Positions 1 to 11,247 of a stretch of 64,000 nt of DNA are shown one piece after another. How positions within the stretch are numbered: position 1 is the stretch's first letter; every line of letters begins with the position of its first letter. The stretch comes from Herbaspirillum sp. meg3 (GTDB lineage: Bacteria > Pseudomonadota > Gammaproteobacteria > Burkholderiales > Burkholderiaceae_D): positions 2,100,284 to 2,164,283 of the forward strand of contig NZ_CP022736.1 in assembly GCF_002257565.1 (NCBI RefSeq), written 5' to 3'. Below the pieces are notes generated by a model. It did not search any database, was not told the DNA's origin, and was given only the letters and a program-made list of their open reading frames with translations. The position numbers and the translations under genes were made by a program.

Positions 1-237
1 CTCAAGCTGACCACCAGTGTCTTGCAGTCACGCTCATCGTTCATCGGCAGCGCGGTCAGCGGCAAAGTCACCCAATTGAACCTGGGCGCAGACTATTTCT
101 TCTCCAAGCGTACCGACGTGTACCTCAATACATCCTTCCAGCGCACCTCCAACATGTATAGCCCAGGAATTACCGTTGCGCCGGGTGCCGACAAGTCGCA
201 GTTCATCGTGATGACAGGGATACGTACGACGTTCTGA
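1..237 (+). CDS. outer-membrane porin, C-terminal fragment (5' end lies outside window)
   Basis: Open frame from window start; ends ...TGIRTTF with terminal Phe typical of Gram-negative beta-barrel porins. Confidence 0.5.
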   Translation, partial: LKLTTSVLQSRSSFIGSAVSGKVTQLNLGADYFFSKRTDVYLNTSFQRTSNMYSPGITVAPGADKSQFIVMTGIRTTF

Positions 238-320
238 AGCAGTTCGTTTGACATCTGAATTGAGGGAAGGGGAATCCGGTGTAAACCGGGTTCTCCTTTG
301 ACCTGAGGGGGTAGGGGAAT

Positions 321-1928
321 ATGCGCAAGATCAACAACATGAAGATCGGTAACCGGCTGCGCTGGGGATTTGCGATCATCCTGGTCATTTCGGGATTGAT
401 GACGGCATTGGCAGTCTGGAATCTGCAGATGGTAGCCAACCGTATGTCGGCCATGATGGAGCGCCCGCTGAGCAAGGAACGCTTGTCCAGCGATTGGTTT
501 CGCTACATTGAAACGGGCATTACCCGCACCACAGCCATTGCCAAGAGCAGCGATACTACTTTGGCGGCATTCCTGATGGCCGGGCCGATGAAGCCGTCGG
601 CCGAAGTGCAGGAAAAAATCAAGACGCTGCTGGATACGGAAGAAGAACATGCCTTATTCAAGAACATTGGCGTGCAGCGCGACCACTACCTGGAAACGCG
701 CGACCGCTTGAGCCAGCTCAAGTCCTCTGGGCAGATGGAGGCGGCTGCGGCCGTGCTGGAAAAAGAATACTTGCCGGCGTCGCGCCAGTTTGCGCAGTCG
801 GTGCAACAGTTGCTGGACATGCAGCGCAACCAGATTGACGCGATCAAGTTAAGCATCGAAGAAACCGCGCAAAAGAGCCGCCGCCTGCTGATCTTGCTGG
901 AATGCGTGGCCATTGCTCTCGGTTTGCTGTGTGCGCAAATGCTGACGCGTTCCATCGTGTTGCCGTTGCAGTCAGCCGTAGCGATTGCGCGTCGTGTCGC
1001 CGGCGGTGACCTGAGCGCTGATATTATCCCCGGCCGTAAAGACGAGACTGGTCAGTTACTGGAAGCCTTGTCCTTCATGAACACCAGCCTGCGCGACGTA
1101 GTCGGCAAAGTGCGCAGCAGCATCAGTAACATCGCCATCGCCTCGGGTGAAATTGCCACCGGCAACATGGACTTGTCTAGTCGTACCGAGCAACAGGCTG
1201 CATCGCTGGAAGAAACCGCCTCGGCGATGGAAGAGCTGACCTCGACCGTGCGCCTGAATGCAGACAATGCGGACGAAGCCAAGGACACCGCCACTGCTGC
1301 GGCAGCGATTGCTGACAAGGGTGGCTTGATGGTGGCGCGCGTGGTCGACACGATGAATGAAATCAGTGAGTCGTCAAGGCAGATCGCCAACATCATCGGC
1401 GTCATCGACGGCATCGCTTTTCAAACCAATATCCTGGCGCTTAACGCTGCGGTAGAGGCGGCCCGGGCCGGCGAACAGGGGCGCGGTTTTGCGGTGGTGG
1501 CTTCCGAGGTGCGCAGTCTTGCGCAACGCTCGGCAAATGCAGCCAAGGAAATCAAGGAGTTGATCGGCGTGTCGGTCAGCCGGGTCGAGGCGGGTACGCA
1601 ATTAGTCGACGATGCAGGCGCCACCATGCACGAGATCGTGGTTAATGTCGGACGCGTGGCGCAGATCATTGCGGACATCAGCGTTTCCAGCAAGGAGCAG
1701 GCGTCCGGTATCGAACAGGTGGGCCACGCGATTGCGCTGATGGACGGTGTGACGCAAAAGAACGCCGCACTGGTGGAGGAGGCTGCAGCGGCAGCCGCCG
1801 CCATGAAAGAGGAGGCGCGCTCGCTGGCGCACACCGTCGAGGTGTTCAAGCTTGACGGTATGGCTGCGCCGGCAACATCGATTGCGGCATTGCCGCTGCC
1901 TTTAATGGGCCGTATGCGAACTTTGTGA
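321..1928 (+). CDS. methyl-accepting chemotaxis protein
   Basis: 535 aa; N-terminal TM segment, HAMP-like linker, conserved MCP signalling domain (…[38 protein letters not shown]…). Confidence 0.85.
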   Translation: MRKINNMKIGNRLRWGFAIILVISGLMTALAVWNLQMVANRMSAMMERPLSKERLSSDWFRYIETGITRTTAIAKSSDTTLAAFLMAGPMKPSAEVQEKIKTLLDTEEEHALFKNIGVQRDHYLETRDRLSQLKSSGQMEAAAAVLEKEYLPASRQFAQSVQQLLDMQRNQIDAIKLSIEETAQKSRRLLILLECVAIALGLLCAQMLTRSIVLPLQSAVAIARRVAGGDLSADIIPGRKDETGQLLEALSFMNTSLRDVVGKVRSSISNIAIASGEIATGNMDLSSRTEQQAASLEETASAMEELTSTVRLNADNADEAKDTATAAAAIADKGGLMVARVVDTMNEISESSRQIANIIGVIDGIAFQTNILALNAAVEAARAGEQGRGFAVVASEVRSLAQRSANAAKEIKELIGVSVSRVEAGTQLVDDAGATMHEIVVNVGRVAQIIADISVSSKEQASGIEQVGHAIALMDGVTQKNAALVEEAAAAAAAMKEEARSLAHTVEVFKLDGMAAPATSIAALPLPLMGRMRTL

Positions 1929-1937
1929 GAGGGGGGC

Positions 1938-2699
1938 TCAGCTCTTGGGTATATAGCCAAGTTCCAGTGAAAAACGCTGGGCTCCCTTACCCAGTATTTC
2001 CAGGCATTCTTGCAGGCGCGGCTCGGTCATGCGGCTGACTGGCGCTGTCATTGACAGCGCGGCCACGACCTTGCCGGCAGCGTCCCTGATGGGTAGCGCC
2101 AACGCCACGGTGTCGGCGGATTTTTCTCCATACGAGACGCTGTAGCCGACTTCAAGGATTTTCTTGATGGCTTGCTTGAGCTGGGTGCGGCTGACGATGG
2201 TGCTGGGCGTATAACGCTTGCGCTCTTCGTTGAGGACGGCTTCCTGTACCTCTTCAGGCGCGTAGGCCAGCAGTAGTTTGCTGGAGGCACCGACGTAAAG
2301 TGGCCGGCGCGCCGACATTTCACTGTGCACACGGATGGCGTGCGGGGAATCCCACCAGGCCACACACATGGTCTCCAGGCCTTCACGGATGGTGATCAGC
2401 ACGCTTTCGCTGCAAGCCTCGCCGATGGCCGGCAGCAGTGCCTGGCCCAGTTGCGAAAGTTGTACCTGGTTTTGTGCGGCGACACCGAGGAACAATGCGC
2501 GATAACCCAGGCTATAGGTGGCCAGCGGTTCCTTGCGCTTGATCAGGCCGCTTTCTTCGAGCGTGCCCAGCAAGCGAAACGCGCGGGCTTTGGTATTGCC
2601 TGAGCGTTTTGCCAGTTCGGTGACACCCAGGCCCGGGTGGTCGGCAACCACGAACAGCAGCTCCATGGCTTTGCTCACCGCATCCACGGTGTAACTCAT
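1938..2699 (-). CDS. IclR-family transcriptional regulator
   Basis: 253 aa; N-terminal wHTH (…LGVTELAKRSGNTKARAFRLLGTLEESGLI…) and C-terminal IclR effector domain. Confidence 0.8.
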   Translation of the reverse strand: MSYTVDAVSKAMELLFVVADHPGLGVTELAKRSGNTKARAFRLLGTLEESGLIKRKEPLATYSLGYRALFLGVAAQNQVQLSQLGQALLPAIGEACSESVLITIREGLETMCVAWWDSPHAIRVHSEMSARRPLYVGASSKLLLAYAPEEVQEAVLNEERKRYTPSTIVSRTQLKQAIKKILEVGYSVSYGEKSADTVALALPIRDAAGKVVAALSMTAPVSRMTEPRLQECLEILGKGAQRFSLELGYIPKS

Positions 2700-3085
2700 A
2701 TGAGGTTCCTTATGTTTTGTTTGGTGCCGTCGGCGGCTTTTGGTACGGCATTGCGGCTACTTGGACGGGTGATATTGTAATGCGCCGGGCTCTCGGGATC
2801 CGGCAGCGCAGGAAGCTTTGCTCCAGGTGCGGTTTTTCTTGCATTGGAACAAGGGTTTGTGTGGCGAAACATCCTAAACAATCAAAAATTATTCGTCAAG
2901 CAATATGAGGCGCGCCATCCGGCTGTTTGAGCCGGGAGACGCGGGATGCGGCGGGGGGGCGGTACTTTTTTTGCGGCAGTCGAAACGGTCCGGGTGACGC
3001 ATAAAAACTCCTTGACGCTGTATCATTAGATAATATATCGTATCATTCAGCGATACATTAATGAAGAAGATAATGTGGAGGGTAT

Positions 3086-4714
3086 GTGGGTAAACGGTTT
3101 CTCGGTCGGTGGCGTGGCGCAGGAGTGTCAGGAAAGGCGCTATCGCCATGTATCTCGGTCGCAGTTGTGGCCGTCGCGCTCACGGTGACGATGGTGGCGC
3201 ATGCCGCCGACTTGCGAATCGGCTTCAAGGCGGAAGTGACTTCCGCCGATCCGCATGTGCTCAACGGGCAAAACAGGAACGTCTGGGCTCATGTCTATGA
3301 ATCCCTGATCAGCGAAGACGCCAAGCTGCGTCCCGTACCCAAACTGGCTTTGTCGTGGCGTGCTGTCAATCCAACGACTTGGGAATTCAAGTTGCGACCT
3401 GGCGTGCATTTTCACGACGGCGCGCTGATGAGCGCGGAGGACGTTAAATATTCCATCGATCGCGCGATGCACCTGACCGGTGCGCGCACCTTTCGCTCCT
3501 ATCTGAAAGGCATCACCGGGGTCACCGTGACCGGACCGCTGACGGTACAGATCAGCACCAGTGAAACCAATCCGACGGTGCCGGACAATCTGGGTTTGAT
3601 CGCCATCATTCCACGCTCTTTGGGGGCGAATGTAAGCGAAGAAAGTTTTGCCAGCGGCAAATCGGCCATCGGCACAGGGCCCTACAAGTTTGCGGCGTGG
3701 ATCAACGGCCAGAAAGTGGTGTTGAATAAAAACGCCGATTACTGGGGCACCAAAGAGCCGTGGGACAGCGTCACTTTTCAATTCATCCCGCGTGAGCCGG
3801 CGCGCGCTTCGGCGCTGTTGTCGGGAGCGGTGGATATCATTGACGGCGCCACCGCCAATCTCAAGAGCGCGTTTCGCACCGCGCAGAATATTGAGCAAAC
3901 CTCGGTGACGTCTTACATGCTTAATTACCTGTTGCTGGACCAGCGCCGCGACGTCACGCCTTTCGTCAGAGACAACAACGGCGCACCGATGAGCAGCAAT
4001 CCCTTCAAGGTGCCGCAGGTAAGGCAAGCCATGATGCGTGCGATAAGCCGCTCCGGCCTGATCCGTTTTCTGATGAAAGCTGATGGTACGGCTTCTGAGC
4101 AACTAGTTCCCGTTGGTTTCTTTGGCTACGACGCAGGCTTGCGTCTACCCGACTACGACGTGGCTGCGGCCAAGGCCTTGCTGGCCGAAGGTGGTTATCC
4201 GAAGGGCTTCCGTATGACCGTGCAATGTCCCAATAATCGTTACGTCAATGACGGGAAATTGTGTGAAGCGATGGCGCAGCTGTTTAGTCGCATCGGCATC
4301 GCAACCGAAGTGTCGGTCATGCCGTTCTCGGTGTTCCTGCCGCGTGCCGCCGGTGGGCCCAGCGGCGTTTCCGAGTTCAGCATTTTCATGTTGGGCACCG
4401 GCGCGGTGACGGGTGATTCCCTGACCATGCTGACATCGATCGTCCACACCCCTGATCGCAAGACCGGCATCGGCGCCAACAATTATGGCGGCTACAGCAA
4501 CCCAAAGGTTGACGCGTTGATCGACGCCGCGCTGGAAACCATGGATCCGATCAAACGCGAGGCTCTGCAGCAGCAGGCCGCCAGGATTGCGCTGGAGGAC
4601 GGCGCGATCATTCCGCTGCTGAATCAGAACGCCACTTGGGCGTATCGCAACAACCTGTCTTTTGCGCCGCGCGCCGATGGCTTCACGATGGCCACGGATA
4701 TTCGTCCGCGCTAG
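3086..4714 (+). CDS. ABC transporter substrate-binding protein, peptide/nickel family 5 (DppA/OppA-like)
   Basis: 542 aa; hydrophobic signal peptide (…[19 protein letters not shown]) then family-5 SBP-like sequence; exact start uncertain. Confidence 0.8.
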   Translation: MGKRFLGRWRGAGVSGKALSPCISVAVVAVALTVTMVAHAADLRIGFKAEVTSADPHVLNGQNRNVWAHVYESLISEDAKLRPVPKLALSWRAVNPTTWEFKLRPGVHFHDGALMSAEDVKYSIDRAMHLTGARTFRSYLKGITGVTVTGPLTVQISTSETNPTVPDNLGLIAIIPRSLGANVSEESFASGKSAIGTGPYKFAAWINGQKVVLNKNADYWGTKEPWDSVTFQFIPREPARASALLSGAVDIIDGATANLKSAFRTAQNIEQTSVTSYMLNYLLLDQRRDVTPFVRDNNGAPMSSNPFKVPQVRQAMMRAISRSGLIRFLMKADGTASEQLVPVGFFGYDAGLRLPDYDVAAAKALLAEGGYPKGFRMTVQCPNNRYVNDGKLCEAMAQLFSRIGIATEVSVMPFSVFLPRAAGGPSGVSEFSIFMLGTGAVTGDSLTMLTSIVHTPDRKTGIGANNYGGYSNPKVDALIDAALETMDPIKREALQQQAARIALEDGAIIPLLNQNATWAYRNNLSFAPRADGFTMATDIRPR

Positions 4715-4763
4715 CGAACGGACTCATTTTCAGAATTCAATATCAGAACTATCAACGGACAAC

Positions 4764-6668
4764 ATGCAATCTCTGAATCATCTTTCGCGTTCTCCGGCAG
4801 GAGAAATGACCGTGCTGCGAGACATCATGGTCTTGATGCGCGACGGCGTGCAGCTCGCCACCGATGTCTACCTGCCTGCGGGCGCTGCAGCCACTGACAC
4901 GTTTCCGGTCATTCTTGAACGCACGCCTTACGGAAAGAACCAGCCCAGCCGCGCCGAGCGCAACGCCATCAATGAAACGCCGCTGGCGCGCGCCGAAGTC
5001 GCTGCTTATTTTGTCGTCCAGGGTTACGCGGTGGTCTACCAGGACTGTCGTGGCCGTTATCAGTCTGGAGGCAGTTTCGTCAAATACACGAGCGACAGCG
5101 ACGACGGGTACGACACCTGTGCGTGGATTCTCACGCAAGCATGGTGTAACGGCTGCATCGGTACCAAGGGCCTGTCTTATGCGGCTCATACGCAAGCGGC
5201 GCTGGGTAGCCTGGGTGCTCCAGGCGTGGTGGCGATGTTTCTCGACTCAGGTGGATTTTCAAATGCATTCCAGGGTGGTATCCGGCAAGGCGGTGCGTTC
5301 GAGTTGAAACAGGCTACCTGGGCTTGGCGTCAAGCACTGGAAAGCCGCGAGCTGCAGGAAGACCCCGAGCGCTTTGCAGCCCTGAGCAGCATCGACCTGG
5401 ATGACTGGTTCACCCGTACCACCGAGTGGAAGCCAGGCAACTCGCCGCTGAGCAGTGTGCCGGAGTATGAAGCGTACATGTTCGAGCAATGGCGTCACGG
5501 GGAGTTTGATGATTACTGGATGCAACCGGGCTTGTACGCGGAAGGTTATTACCCGCAATTCTGCAATGCGGCGATGGTCCATATGTCGTCGTGGTTTGAT
5601 CCCTATCCACGCACCGCGACCACCAACTATACCGGTCTGATCAAGGCAGGTAAGGGGCCGGTGCGCTTGATCCTGGGGCCGTGGACGCATGGTAACCGTT
5701 CCATCACTTATGCCGGCGACGTCGACTTCGGTGCGGCTGCTACGCTGGATGGCCAACTGGCACGAGACTATCTGTCGCTGCGTCTGCAATGGTTTGATCG
5801 CTGGCTAAAGAATGATGCAACGGTGCCGGATCCTTTGCCGCCGGTCAGCCTGTTTGTCATGGGTGGCGGCTCCGGGAAGAAGAACGCTGCAGGCCGTCTC
5901 GACCACGGTGGGCGCTGGCGCAGCGAACAGCAATGGCCGCTACCCGATGCGCAGGCGCAAGTCTGGTATCTGCGGCGCGAAGGCGCCTTGTCGACTACCG
6001 CACCGGGCCCGGTGAGTAAAGAGAGCGATGCTTTTCTCGCTTATCGCTACGACCCACTCAATCCGGTACCCACCATCGGTGGCGCGGTGACTTCCGGTGA
6101 GCCCCTGATGTTTGGCGGTGCCTTTGATCAATGCGAAGGTCCGGGCGTATTCGGCGCAACCCTTCCTTACTACCCACTGGCCATGCGTGCTGACGTGCTG
6201 GTGTTTCAGACGCCCGTGTTGACGCAGGATGTCGAGGTAACCGGTGACATCAGCGTCAAACTATGGATATCCTCGGATTGTCTGGATACCGATTTCACCT
6301 TCAAGCTGATTGATGTCTATCCACCCAGTGCCGATTATCCCAACGGCTACGCGATGAATCTGTCGCACGGCATTTTGCGGGCGCGCTATCGCAACTCGTG
6401 GGAAGCACCGGCTTTGATGATCCCCGGCGCAGTGTATGAAATCAATATCGACGGTTTTCCGACCAGCAATCTGTTTCAGAAGGGGCATCGCATTCGCCTG
6501 GATATCTCTAGTAGCAACTTCCCGCATTTCGACTGCAATCCGAATACCGGCGAACCGGAAGGGGCGGCGACGCACACGCGCGTGGCCACAAATCGCATCT
6601 ATCTGGACGCGACGCGCCCCTCACAGATCGTGTTGCCGGTGATCCCGGCGCGCAAGCCGACGGCTTGA
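4764..6668 (+). CDS. CocE/NonD-family hydrolase (S15 X-Pro dipeptidyl-peptidase-like)
   Basis: N-terminal …RDGVQLATDVYLPAG…ERTPYGK… signature of CocE/NonD alpha/beta hydrolases; start chosen at ATG 4764 to avoid 53-bp overlap with upstream gene. Confidence 0.75.
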   Translation: MQSLNHLSRSPAGEMTVLRDIMVLMRDGVQLATDVYLPAGAAATDTFPVILERTPYGKNQPSRAERNAINETPLARAEVAAYFVVQGYAVVYQDCRGRYQSGGSFVKYTSDSDDGYDTCAWILTQAWCNGCIGTKGLSYAAHTQAALGSLGAPGVVAMFLDSGGFSNAFQGGIRQGGAFELKQATWAWRQALESRELQEDPERFAALSSIDLDDWFTRTTEWKPGNSPLSSVPEYEAYMFEQWRHGEFDDYWMQPGLYAEGYYPQFCNAAMVHMSSWFDPYPRTATTNYTGLIKAGKGPVRLILGPWTHGNRSITYAGDVDFGAAATLDGQLARDYLSLRLQWFDRWLKNDATVPDPLPPVSLFVMGGGSGKKNAAGRLDHGGRWRSEQQWPLPDAQAQVWYLRREGALSTTAPGPVSKESDAFLAYRYDPLNPVPTIGGAVTSGEPLMFGGAFDQCEGPGVFGATLPYYPLAMRADVLVFQTPVLTQDVEVTGDISVKLWISSDCLDTDFTFKLIDVYPPSADYPNGYAMNLSHGILRARYRNSWEAPALMIPGAVYEINIDGFPTSNLFQKGHRIRLDISSSNFPHFDCNPNTGEPEGAATHTRVATNRIYLDATRPSQIVLPVIPARKPTA

Positions 6669-6713
6669 TGCAGTGCCGTCTCTGCATGGGACTTGATAAA
6701 GGAATGGAACCTG

Positions 6714-7685
6714 ATGTTTGAAATGCTTATAAAACGCAGCCTGCAAAGTGTGCTGGTGATTTTCATCATGTCCTTGCTGGCGTTTGTCGGCATCAACCTG
6801 GTCGGCAATCCCATTTATCTGCTGGTGGCGCCCAACGCCTCGCCAGCCGAAATTGCCGAAGCCTCGCATGCACTGGGCCTGGACCTGCCGGTCTATGCGC
6901 AGTACTGGCGCTTCCTGGTCAATGCTCTGCACGGTGACCTCGGCAACTCCTTTGTGTTTAATCAGCCAGCCATTTCGCTGATCTTCGAGCGCATGCCGGC
7001 TACGCTGGAACTGGCCGGCGCGGCGCTGGTGCTGTCGTTCCTGATCGGTGTGCCGCTGGGCATGTGGGCGGGCCTGCGGCCGGGTAGCAAGGTGCACAAG
7101 CTGGCCATGGGTTTCTCCATTCTGGGTGTGACGATTCCAAGTTTCTGGCTAGGCCTGATTCTAATTCTGGTGTTCGCGGTCAATCTGGGCTGGTTTCCGT
7201 CGGGCGGACGTGGCCCGACCACCAGTCTTCTGGGCATTCAGATCAGCTTTCTCAATCTGGATGGCTTGCGCTATCTGGTGCTGCCTGCCGCTACCCTGGC
7301 GTTGCACAATATTGCGCTGGTGATGCGTATGACCGAGGCCGGCACGCGTGAAGTGGCTTTACAGGAATACGTCAAGTTTGCCCGTGCCAAGGGGGTCGGT
7401 GCGGTGCGGCTTATGCTGCGTCACGTCGCGCCTAACGTGATGATTCCCATTGTGACGGTAATGGGGCTGGAGTTCGGACAACTGATTGCTTTTTCGCTGA
7501 TCACCGAAACCATTTTTGCCTGGCCGGGCATGGGCAAGCTGATCGTTGACTCGGTGCTGCAGCTGGATCGCCCGGTGGTGGTGGCTTATCTGATGGTCGT
7601 ACTGGTGATTTTTGTATTGATCAATTTTGTGGTCGACATCCTCTATCTCATCCTCGATCCGCGCTTGCGCGCGAAATCGACGTGA
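6714..7685 (+). CDS. ABC transporter permease, DppB-like
   Basis: Multi-TM protein with BPD_transp_1-like core (…LVLPAATLALHNIALVMRMTEAG…); start at ATG 6714. Confidence 0.85.
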   Translation: MFEMLIKRSLQSVLVIFIMSLLAFVGINLVGNPIYLLVAPNASPAEIAEASHALGLDLPVYAQYWRFLVNALHGDLGNSFVFNQPAISLIFERMPATLELAGAALVLSFLIGVPLGMWAGLRPGSKVHKLAMGFSILGVTIPSFWLGLILILVFAVNLGWFPSGGRGPTTSLLGIQISFLNLDGLRYLVLPAATLALHNIALVMRMTEAGTREVALQEYVKFARAKGVGAVRLMLRHVAPNVMIPIVTVMGLEFGQLIAFSLITETIFAWPGMGKLIVDSVLQLDRPVVVAYLMVVLVIFVLINFVVDILYLILDPRLRAKST

Positions 7686-7758
7686 GTGGCGGTTTGAACA
7701 GGGTATCAGGCAAGTCCAACGGCGCAGATCATTTTTGACGAAACAGGCAATCCATCCT

Positions 7759-8664
7759 ATGAGCTCTCCTTCTCTTCAGGCAGCGGCGTCCGAGACGCCC
7801 ACGCAGATTTTTCTGCGGCGTTTTCTGCAAAATCGCATTGCCACCGCCGCCGCACTGGTATTGTTGTTACTCACCATCGTGGCGCTGGCGGCACCGGTGC
7901 TGTCGCCGCAGAATCCTTATGATCTCGCCAGGGTCTCCTTCATGGAGGCCGAGCAGGCACCCGGCGGTGTATCAGCCGATCACCAGTTGCACTTCTGGTT
8001 GGGTACCGACGGCGCCGGTCGCGATGTGTTGAGCGCCATCATGTACGGCCTGCGTATCAGTCTCGGTATTGGTATTACGAGTGCGCTGACGGCATTGTTT
8101 TTTGGCACCTGTGTCGGTTTGCTGGCGGCCTATCTGGGCGGCAAGGTGGATGCGGTATTGATGCGTATCGTCGACGTTCAACTGAGCTTTCCCTCTGTGC
8201 TGGTGGCGCTGATCCTGTTGGCGGCGCTGGGGCAGGGCGTCGACAAAACGCTGATGGCACTGGTGCTGGTGCAATGGGCAGTGTTCGCACGCAACGTGCG
8301 GGGCGCCGCTATGGTGGAGCGCGGCAAGGACTACGTCGAAGCGGCGCTGGGCCAAGGCTTGCCGGCCTGGCGTGTGATGTTTAAACACGTGCTGCCCAAT
8401 TGCATGGCGCCGCTGATTGTGACCACCACCAACCAGATGGCGGCGGCGATCACACTTGAGGCGACCATGAGTTTCCTCGGCATCGGCTTGCCGCAGACCC
8501 GGCCCTCGCTGGGCTTGCTGATTTCCAATGGTTTCGACTACATGCTGTCGAATCAATACTGGATCAGTGTTTTTCCGGGTGTGGCGCTGGTGGTGCTGGT
8601 GGTTGCCATCAGTTTGGTCGGCGATCAATTGCGCGTCGTTCTCAACCCCAAGCTCGACGCATAG
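7759..8664 (+). CDS. ABC transporter permease, DppC-like
   Basis: N-terminal …FLRRFLQNRIATAAALVLLLL… and permease core typical of DppC/OppC; start at ATG 7759. Confidence 0.85.
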   Translation: MSSPSLQAAASETPTQIFLRRFLQNRIATAAALVLLLLTIVALAAPVLSPQNPYDLARVSFMEAEQAPGGVSADHQLHFWLGTDGAGRDVLSAIMYGLRISLGIGITSALTALFFGTCVGLLAAYLGGKVDAVLMRIVDVQLSFPSVLVALILLAALGQGVDKTLMALVLVQWAVFARNVRGAAMVERGKDYVEAALGQGLPAWRVMFKHVLPNCMAPLIVTTTNQMAAAITLEATMSFLGIGLPQTRPSLGLLISNGFDYMLSNQYWISVFPGVALVVLVVAISLVGDQLRVVLNPKLDA

Positions 8665-8675
8665 AAGGACATTTC

Positions 8676-9638
8676 ATGGCACTGCTGGAAGTTAACAATC
8701 TGGTCACCGAGTTTCATGGCCGCGCCGGCGTGGCGCGCGCGCTGGACCATGTCTCCTTCACGCTGGAAGCGGGCAAGGTGCTGGGCATCGTGGGTGAATC
8801 CGGTTCGGGGAAATCGGTGACGGCGTTTTCGCTGATGAATCTGTTGGATGCGCCGGGACGTATCGCCGGTGGCGAAATTCGCTTCAAAGGCGAAGATCTG
8901 CAACGCGCCACGGCGCGGCGCTGGAGCAAGTTGCGCGGCGACCGTATCGCGATGGTATTTCAGGATCCGATGATGTCGCTTAATCCGGTGATGAAGATTG
9001 GCGATCAATTGCGCGAGACGGTGTCCATCCATCAGCGGCTACGAGGGAAGATGCTGGACGACAAAGTGTGTGAAGCCTTGCGCCGGGTCGGCATCCCGGC
9101 ACCGGAAGAACGCATGCGTGCTTATCCGCACGAACTCTCGGGCGGCATGCGTCAGCGCGTCGCCATTGCCAACGCCATGATCAACGATCCGGACCTGATC
9201 ATCGCCGATGAACCAACCACGGCGCTGGACGTCACGATCCAGGCGCAGATCTTGTTCGAGATGAAAAACCTGGTGCGCGACAGCGGTACGGCGCTGATCT
9301 GGATTTCTCATGACATCAGCGTGGTCAAGGATCTGGCCGATGAAATCTGCGTCATGTACGCGGGCCGCGTCATCGAGCGTGGTCCGGTGGATGAAATTAT
9401 CGCCCAGCCGCTGCATCCCTACACCAAGGGGCTGATCGATTCATTGCCGCAAGCGAGCAGCCGTGGCCAGCGGCTCTATTCGATACCGGGCTCGGCACCG
9501 CCGTTGTTGTCCTTGCCGCCAGGATGCGCGTTTGCGCCGCGCTGTTCACGTCGCAATGCTACCTGTGACACGGTTCCCCCGGTGGTGGCGGTTGGTACGC
9601 GCGAGCATCGCTGTTTTTATCCACTAGGTACACTATGA
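8676..9638 (+). CDS. ABC transporter ATP-binding protein, DppD-like
   Basis: Walker A GESGSGKS, signature LSGGMRQR, Walker B, C-terminal oligopeptide-ABC extension. Confidence 0.9.
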   Translation: MALLEVNNLVTEFHGRAGVARALDHVSFTLEAGKVLGIVGESGSGKSVTAFSLMNLLDAPGRIAGGEIRFKGEDLQRATARRWSKLRGDRIAMVFQDPMMSLNPVMKIGDQLRETVSIHQRLRGKMLDDKVCEALRRVGIPAPEERMRAYPHELSGGMRQRVAIANAMINDPDLIIADEPTTALDVTIQAQILFEMKNLVRDSGTALIWISHDISVVKDLADEICVMYAGRVIERGPVDEIIAQPLHPYTKGLIDSLPQASSRGQRLYSIPGSAPPLLSLPPGCAFAPRCSRRNATCDTVPPVVAVGTREHRCFYPLGTL

Positions 9639-10621
9639 ATCCCATCCTTGAAACCAGGAACCTGAGCAAGAGTTTTGGGCTCAAGCAAAGCACCGTGCGA
9701 CGCGCAGCCCGTTCGCTCGGCTTGTCAAATCAGCCCGAGAAGAAAGTCTACGCCGTCAACGACTTGTCGCTGACGATCAACAAGGGTGAAGTACTTGGTC
9801 TGGTGGGCGAATCCGGTTGCGGCAAATCGACGGCCGGTCGCATGATCGCCGGACTGTTGCCGCCCACCAGCGGAGAGATCGCCTTCGAGGGCAAGCCGGT
9901 CGATTCGTCGCAGCCGTCGCGTCACCTCGAAACGCAGATGGTGTTCCAGAATCCCTATGCATCGCTCAACCCGCGCTTGCGCGTGGATCAGTTGATCAGC
10001 GAAGCCGCGCTCTATCACAAGCTGGTAGAAAAACGCGACGTGCCATCTTTCGTCGCCGCTTTGCTTAAGCAGGTTGGCTTGGACGCTACTTATGCGTCTC
10101 GCTACCCGCATCAATTTTCCGGTGGACAGCGCCAACGTATTGCCATTGCACGTGCACTTTCGCTGAATCCCAAATTTGTGGTGTGCGACGAAGCTGTTTC
10201 TGCTTTGGATGTATCTGTGCAGGCGCAGGTATTGAATTTGTTCATGGATTTGCGTGAATCGAAAGAATTGACGTATCTCTTTATCAGTCATAACCTGGCG
10301 GTGGTCGAATATATTGCCGATCGGGTCGCCATTATGTATCTCGGTCGCGTCGTCGAGTTGGCTGATACGCAGGCAATTTTTACGTCGCCAAATCATCCCT
10401 ATACACAAGCTCTGATTGCTGATGCGCCACGCCTTCAAGTAAAAATGGTAGAGCATCGTCCGGTGCAAGGAGAATTGCCGAGTCCGCTCAATCCTCCGTC
10501 AGGCTGCACGTTTCATCCGCGCTGTCCCCGGGCTATGCCACGCTGTGCCACCGAGCGTCCGATGCTAAGGAAGGTTGCAGAAGGGCATTTTTCGGCTTGT
10601 CATCTGAACGATTTGAGCTGA
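9635..10621 (+). CDS. ABC transporter ATP-binding protein, DppF-like
   Basis: Walker A GESGCGKST, signature FSGGQRQR; 4-bp overlap with upstream ATPase gene. Confidence 0.9.
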   Translation: MNPILETRNLSKSFGLKQSTVRRAARSLGLSNQPEKKVYAVNDLSLTINKGEVLGLVGESGCGKSTAGRMIAGLLPPTSGEIAFEGKPVDSSQPSRHLETQMVFQNPYASLNPRLRVDQLISEAALYHKLVEKRDVPSFVAALLKQVGLDATYASRYPHQFSGGQRQRIAIARALSLNPKFVVCDEAVSALDVSVQAQVLNLFMDLRESKELTYLFISHNLAVVEYIADRVAIMYLGRVVELADTQAIFTSPNHPYTQALIADAPRLQVKMVEHRPVQGELPSPLNPPSGCTFHPRCPRAMPRCATERPMLRKVAEGHFSACHLNDLS

Positions 10622-10810
10622 TGGCTGCTGTGCTGGTTTATTCGGATTGCGGTCATGCGCAAAATTGTTCTCTAAGCGAATGTCAACTTTCCTTGCAAAT
10701 TATGCAGTGAATGGCGTGAACCCTGGGGAAGTGAATTTGGAAGTGGTCAACGCGGTTCTGAAATTGGTGGATTCCGCAGTTAATCCGCAGTACGCCGACC
10801 TCTAAAAACA

Positions 10811-10838
10811 AAAAAAGCGCCTCAACAGGCGCTTAGCT
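10811..10838. terminator. GC-rich hairpin flanked by A-run (T-run on minus strand): candidate bidirectional rho-independent terminator
   Basis: aaaaacaaaaaaaGCGCCTcaacAGGCGCtt seen directly. Confidence 0.4.
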
Positions 10839-10867
10839 ATTTACTTCAACGAATCTGTATCCTTGTA

Positions 10868-10884
10868 TGGAGACGGAGGGATTG
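10868..10884. repeat. partial copy of tRNA-Ser 3' end (att-like direct repeat, distal copy 1)
   Basis: ggagacggagggatt identical to 15 nt of the tRNA-Ser 3' end at 42541-42555 (same orientation). Confidence 0.6.
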
Positions 10885-11044
10885 GCCTACGTTGCGCAGG
10901 CCGCTGAATCGCTTGCAAGCGATTCCCTTCGAATCTTTCACGTAAGCCGCGCAGGCGGCGTACTCATCTCCGGAGACAGGTTTTCTGGGAAAACAAAACG
11001 GGAAGCACAAATAAAAACACCCGCCGAAGCGGGTGTTTGTATTC

Positions 11045-11058
11045 TGGCGGAGACGGAG
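11045..11058. repeat. partial copy of tRNA-Ser 3' end (att-like direct repeat, distal copy 2)
   Basis: tggcggagacggag identical to 14 nt at 42539-42552. Confidence 0.6.
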
Positions 11059-11175
11059 TCGGCCGCAACACTGTTCGCCAAAGACCGCCATTGCGCATGA
11101 AACCTGCGCGGGGACTGGCTCATAGCCGAGTTCATATACGCCAGTGTTCGTCAATAATCTTCTGTATCCGGCGAC

Positions 11176-11198
11176 CGTTTGCTAGTTGGTTTGCTAGC
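11176..11198. repeat. tandem direct repeats GTTTGCTAG(TTG) x2 (candidate integrase arm-type sites, int-proximal end)
   Basis: cgtttgctagttggtttgctagc; near-identical array at other island end (42448-42475). Confidence 0.5.
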
Positions 11199-11247
11199 TA
11201 AAAGGCGGCCCCGATGAAGATTCGCCATGACGATATACTTCTAGGTT

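Noticed and set aside
3140-4102. Long antisense ORFs inside well-supported GC-rich genes (e.g. 3140-4102 -, 7972-8628 -, 9725-10468 -, 46743-47516 -, 52224-53201 -, 55273-56679 +, 58827-59690 +, 61079-62062 +)
   Set aside because: Shadow ORFs expected in ~60% GC DNA; each overlaps a gene with clear family signatures on the other strand. Their translations are low-complexity Arg/Ala/His-rich.
10846-11154. Small ORFs (10846-11154 -, 10867-11100 +, 10938-11135 -) at the island boundary
   Set aside because: They lie in the tRNA-fragment-bracketed scar, overlap each other on both strands and have no RBS or family signal.
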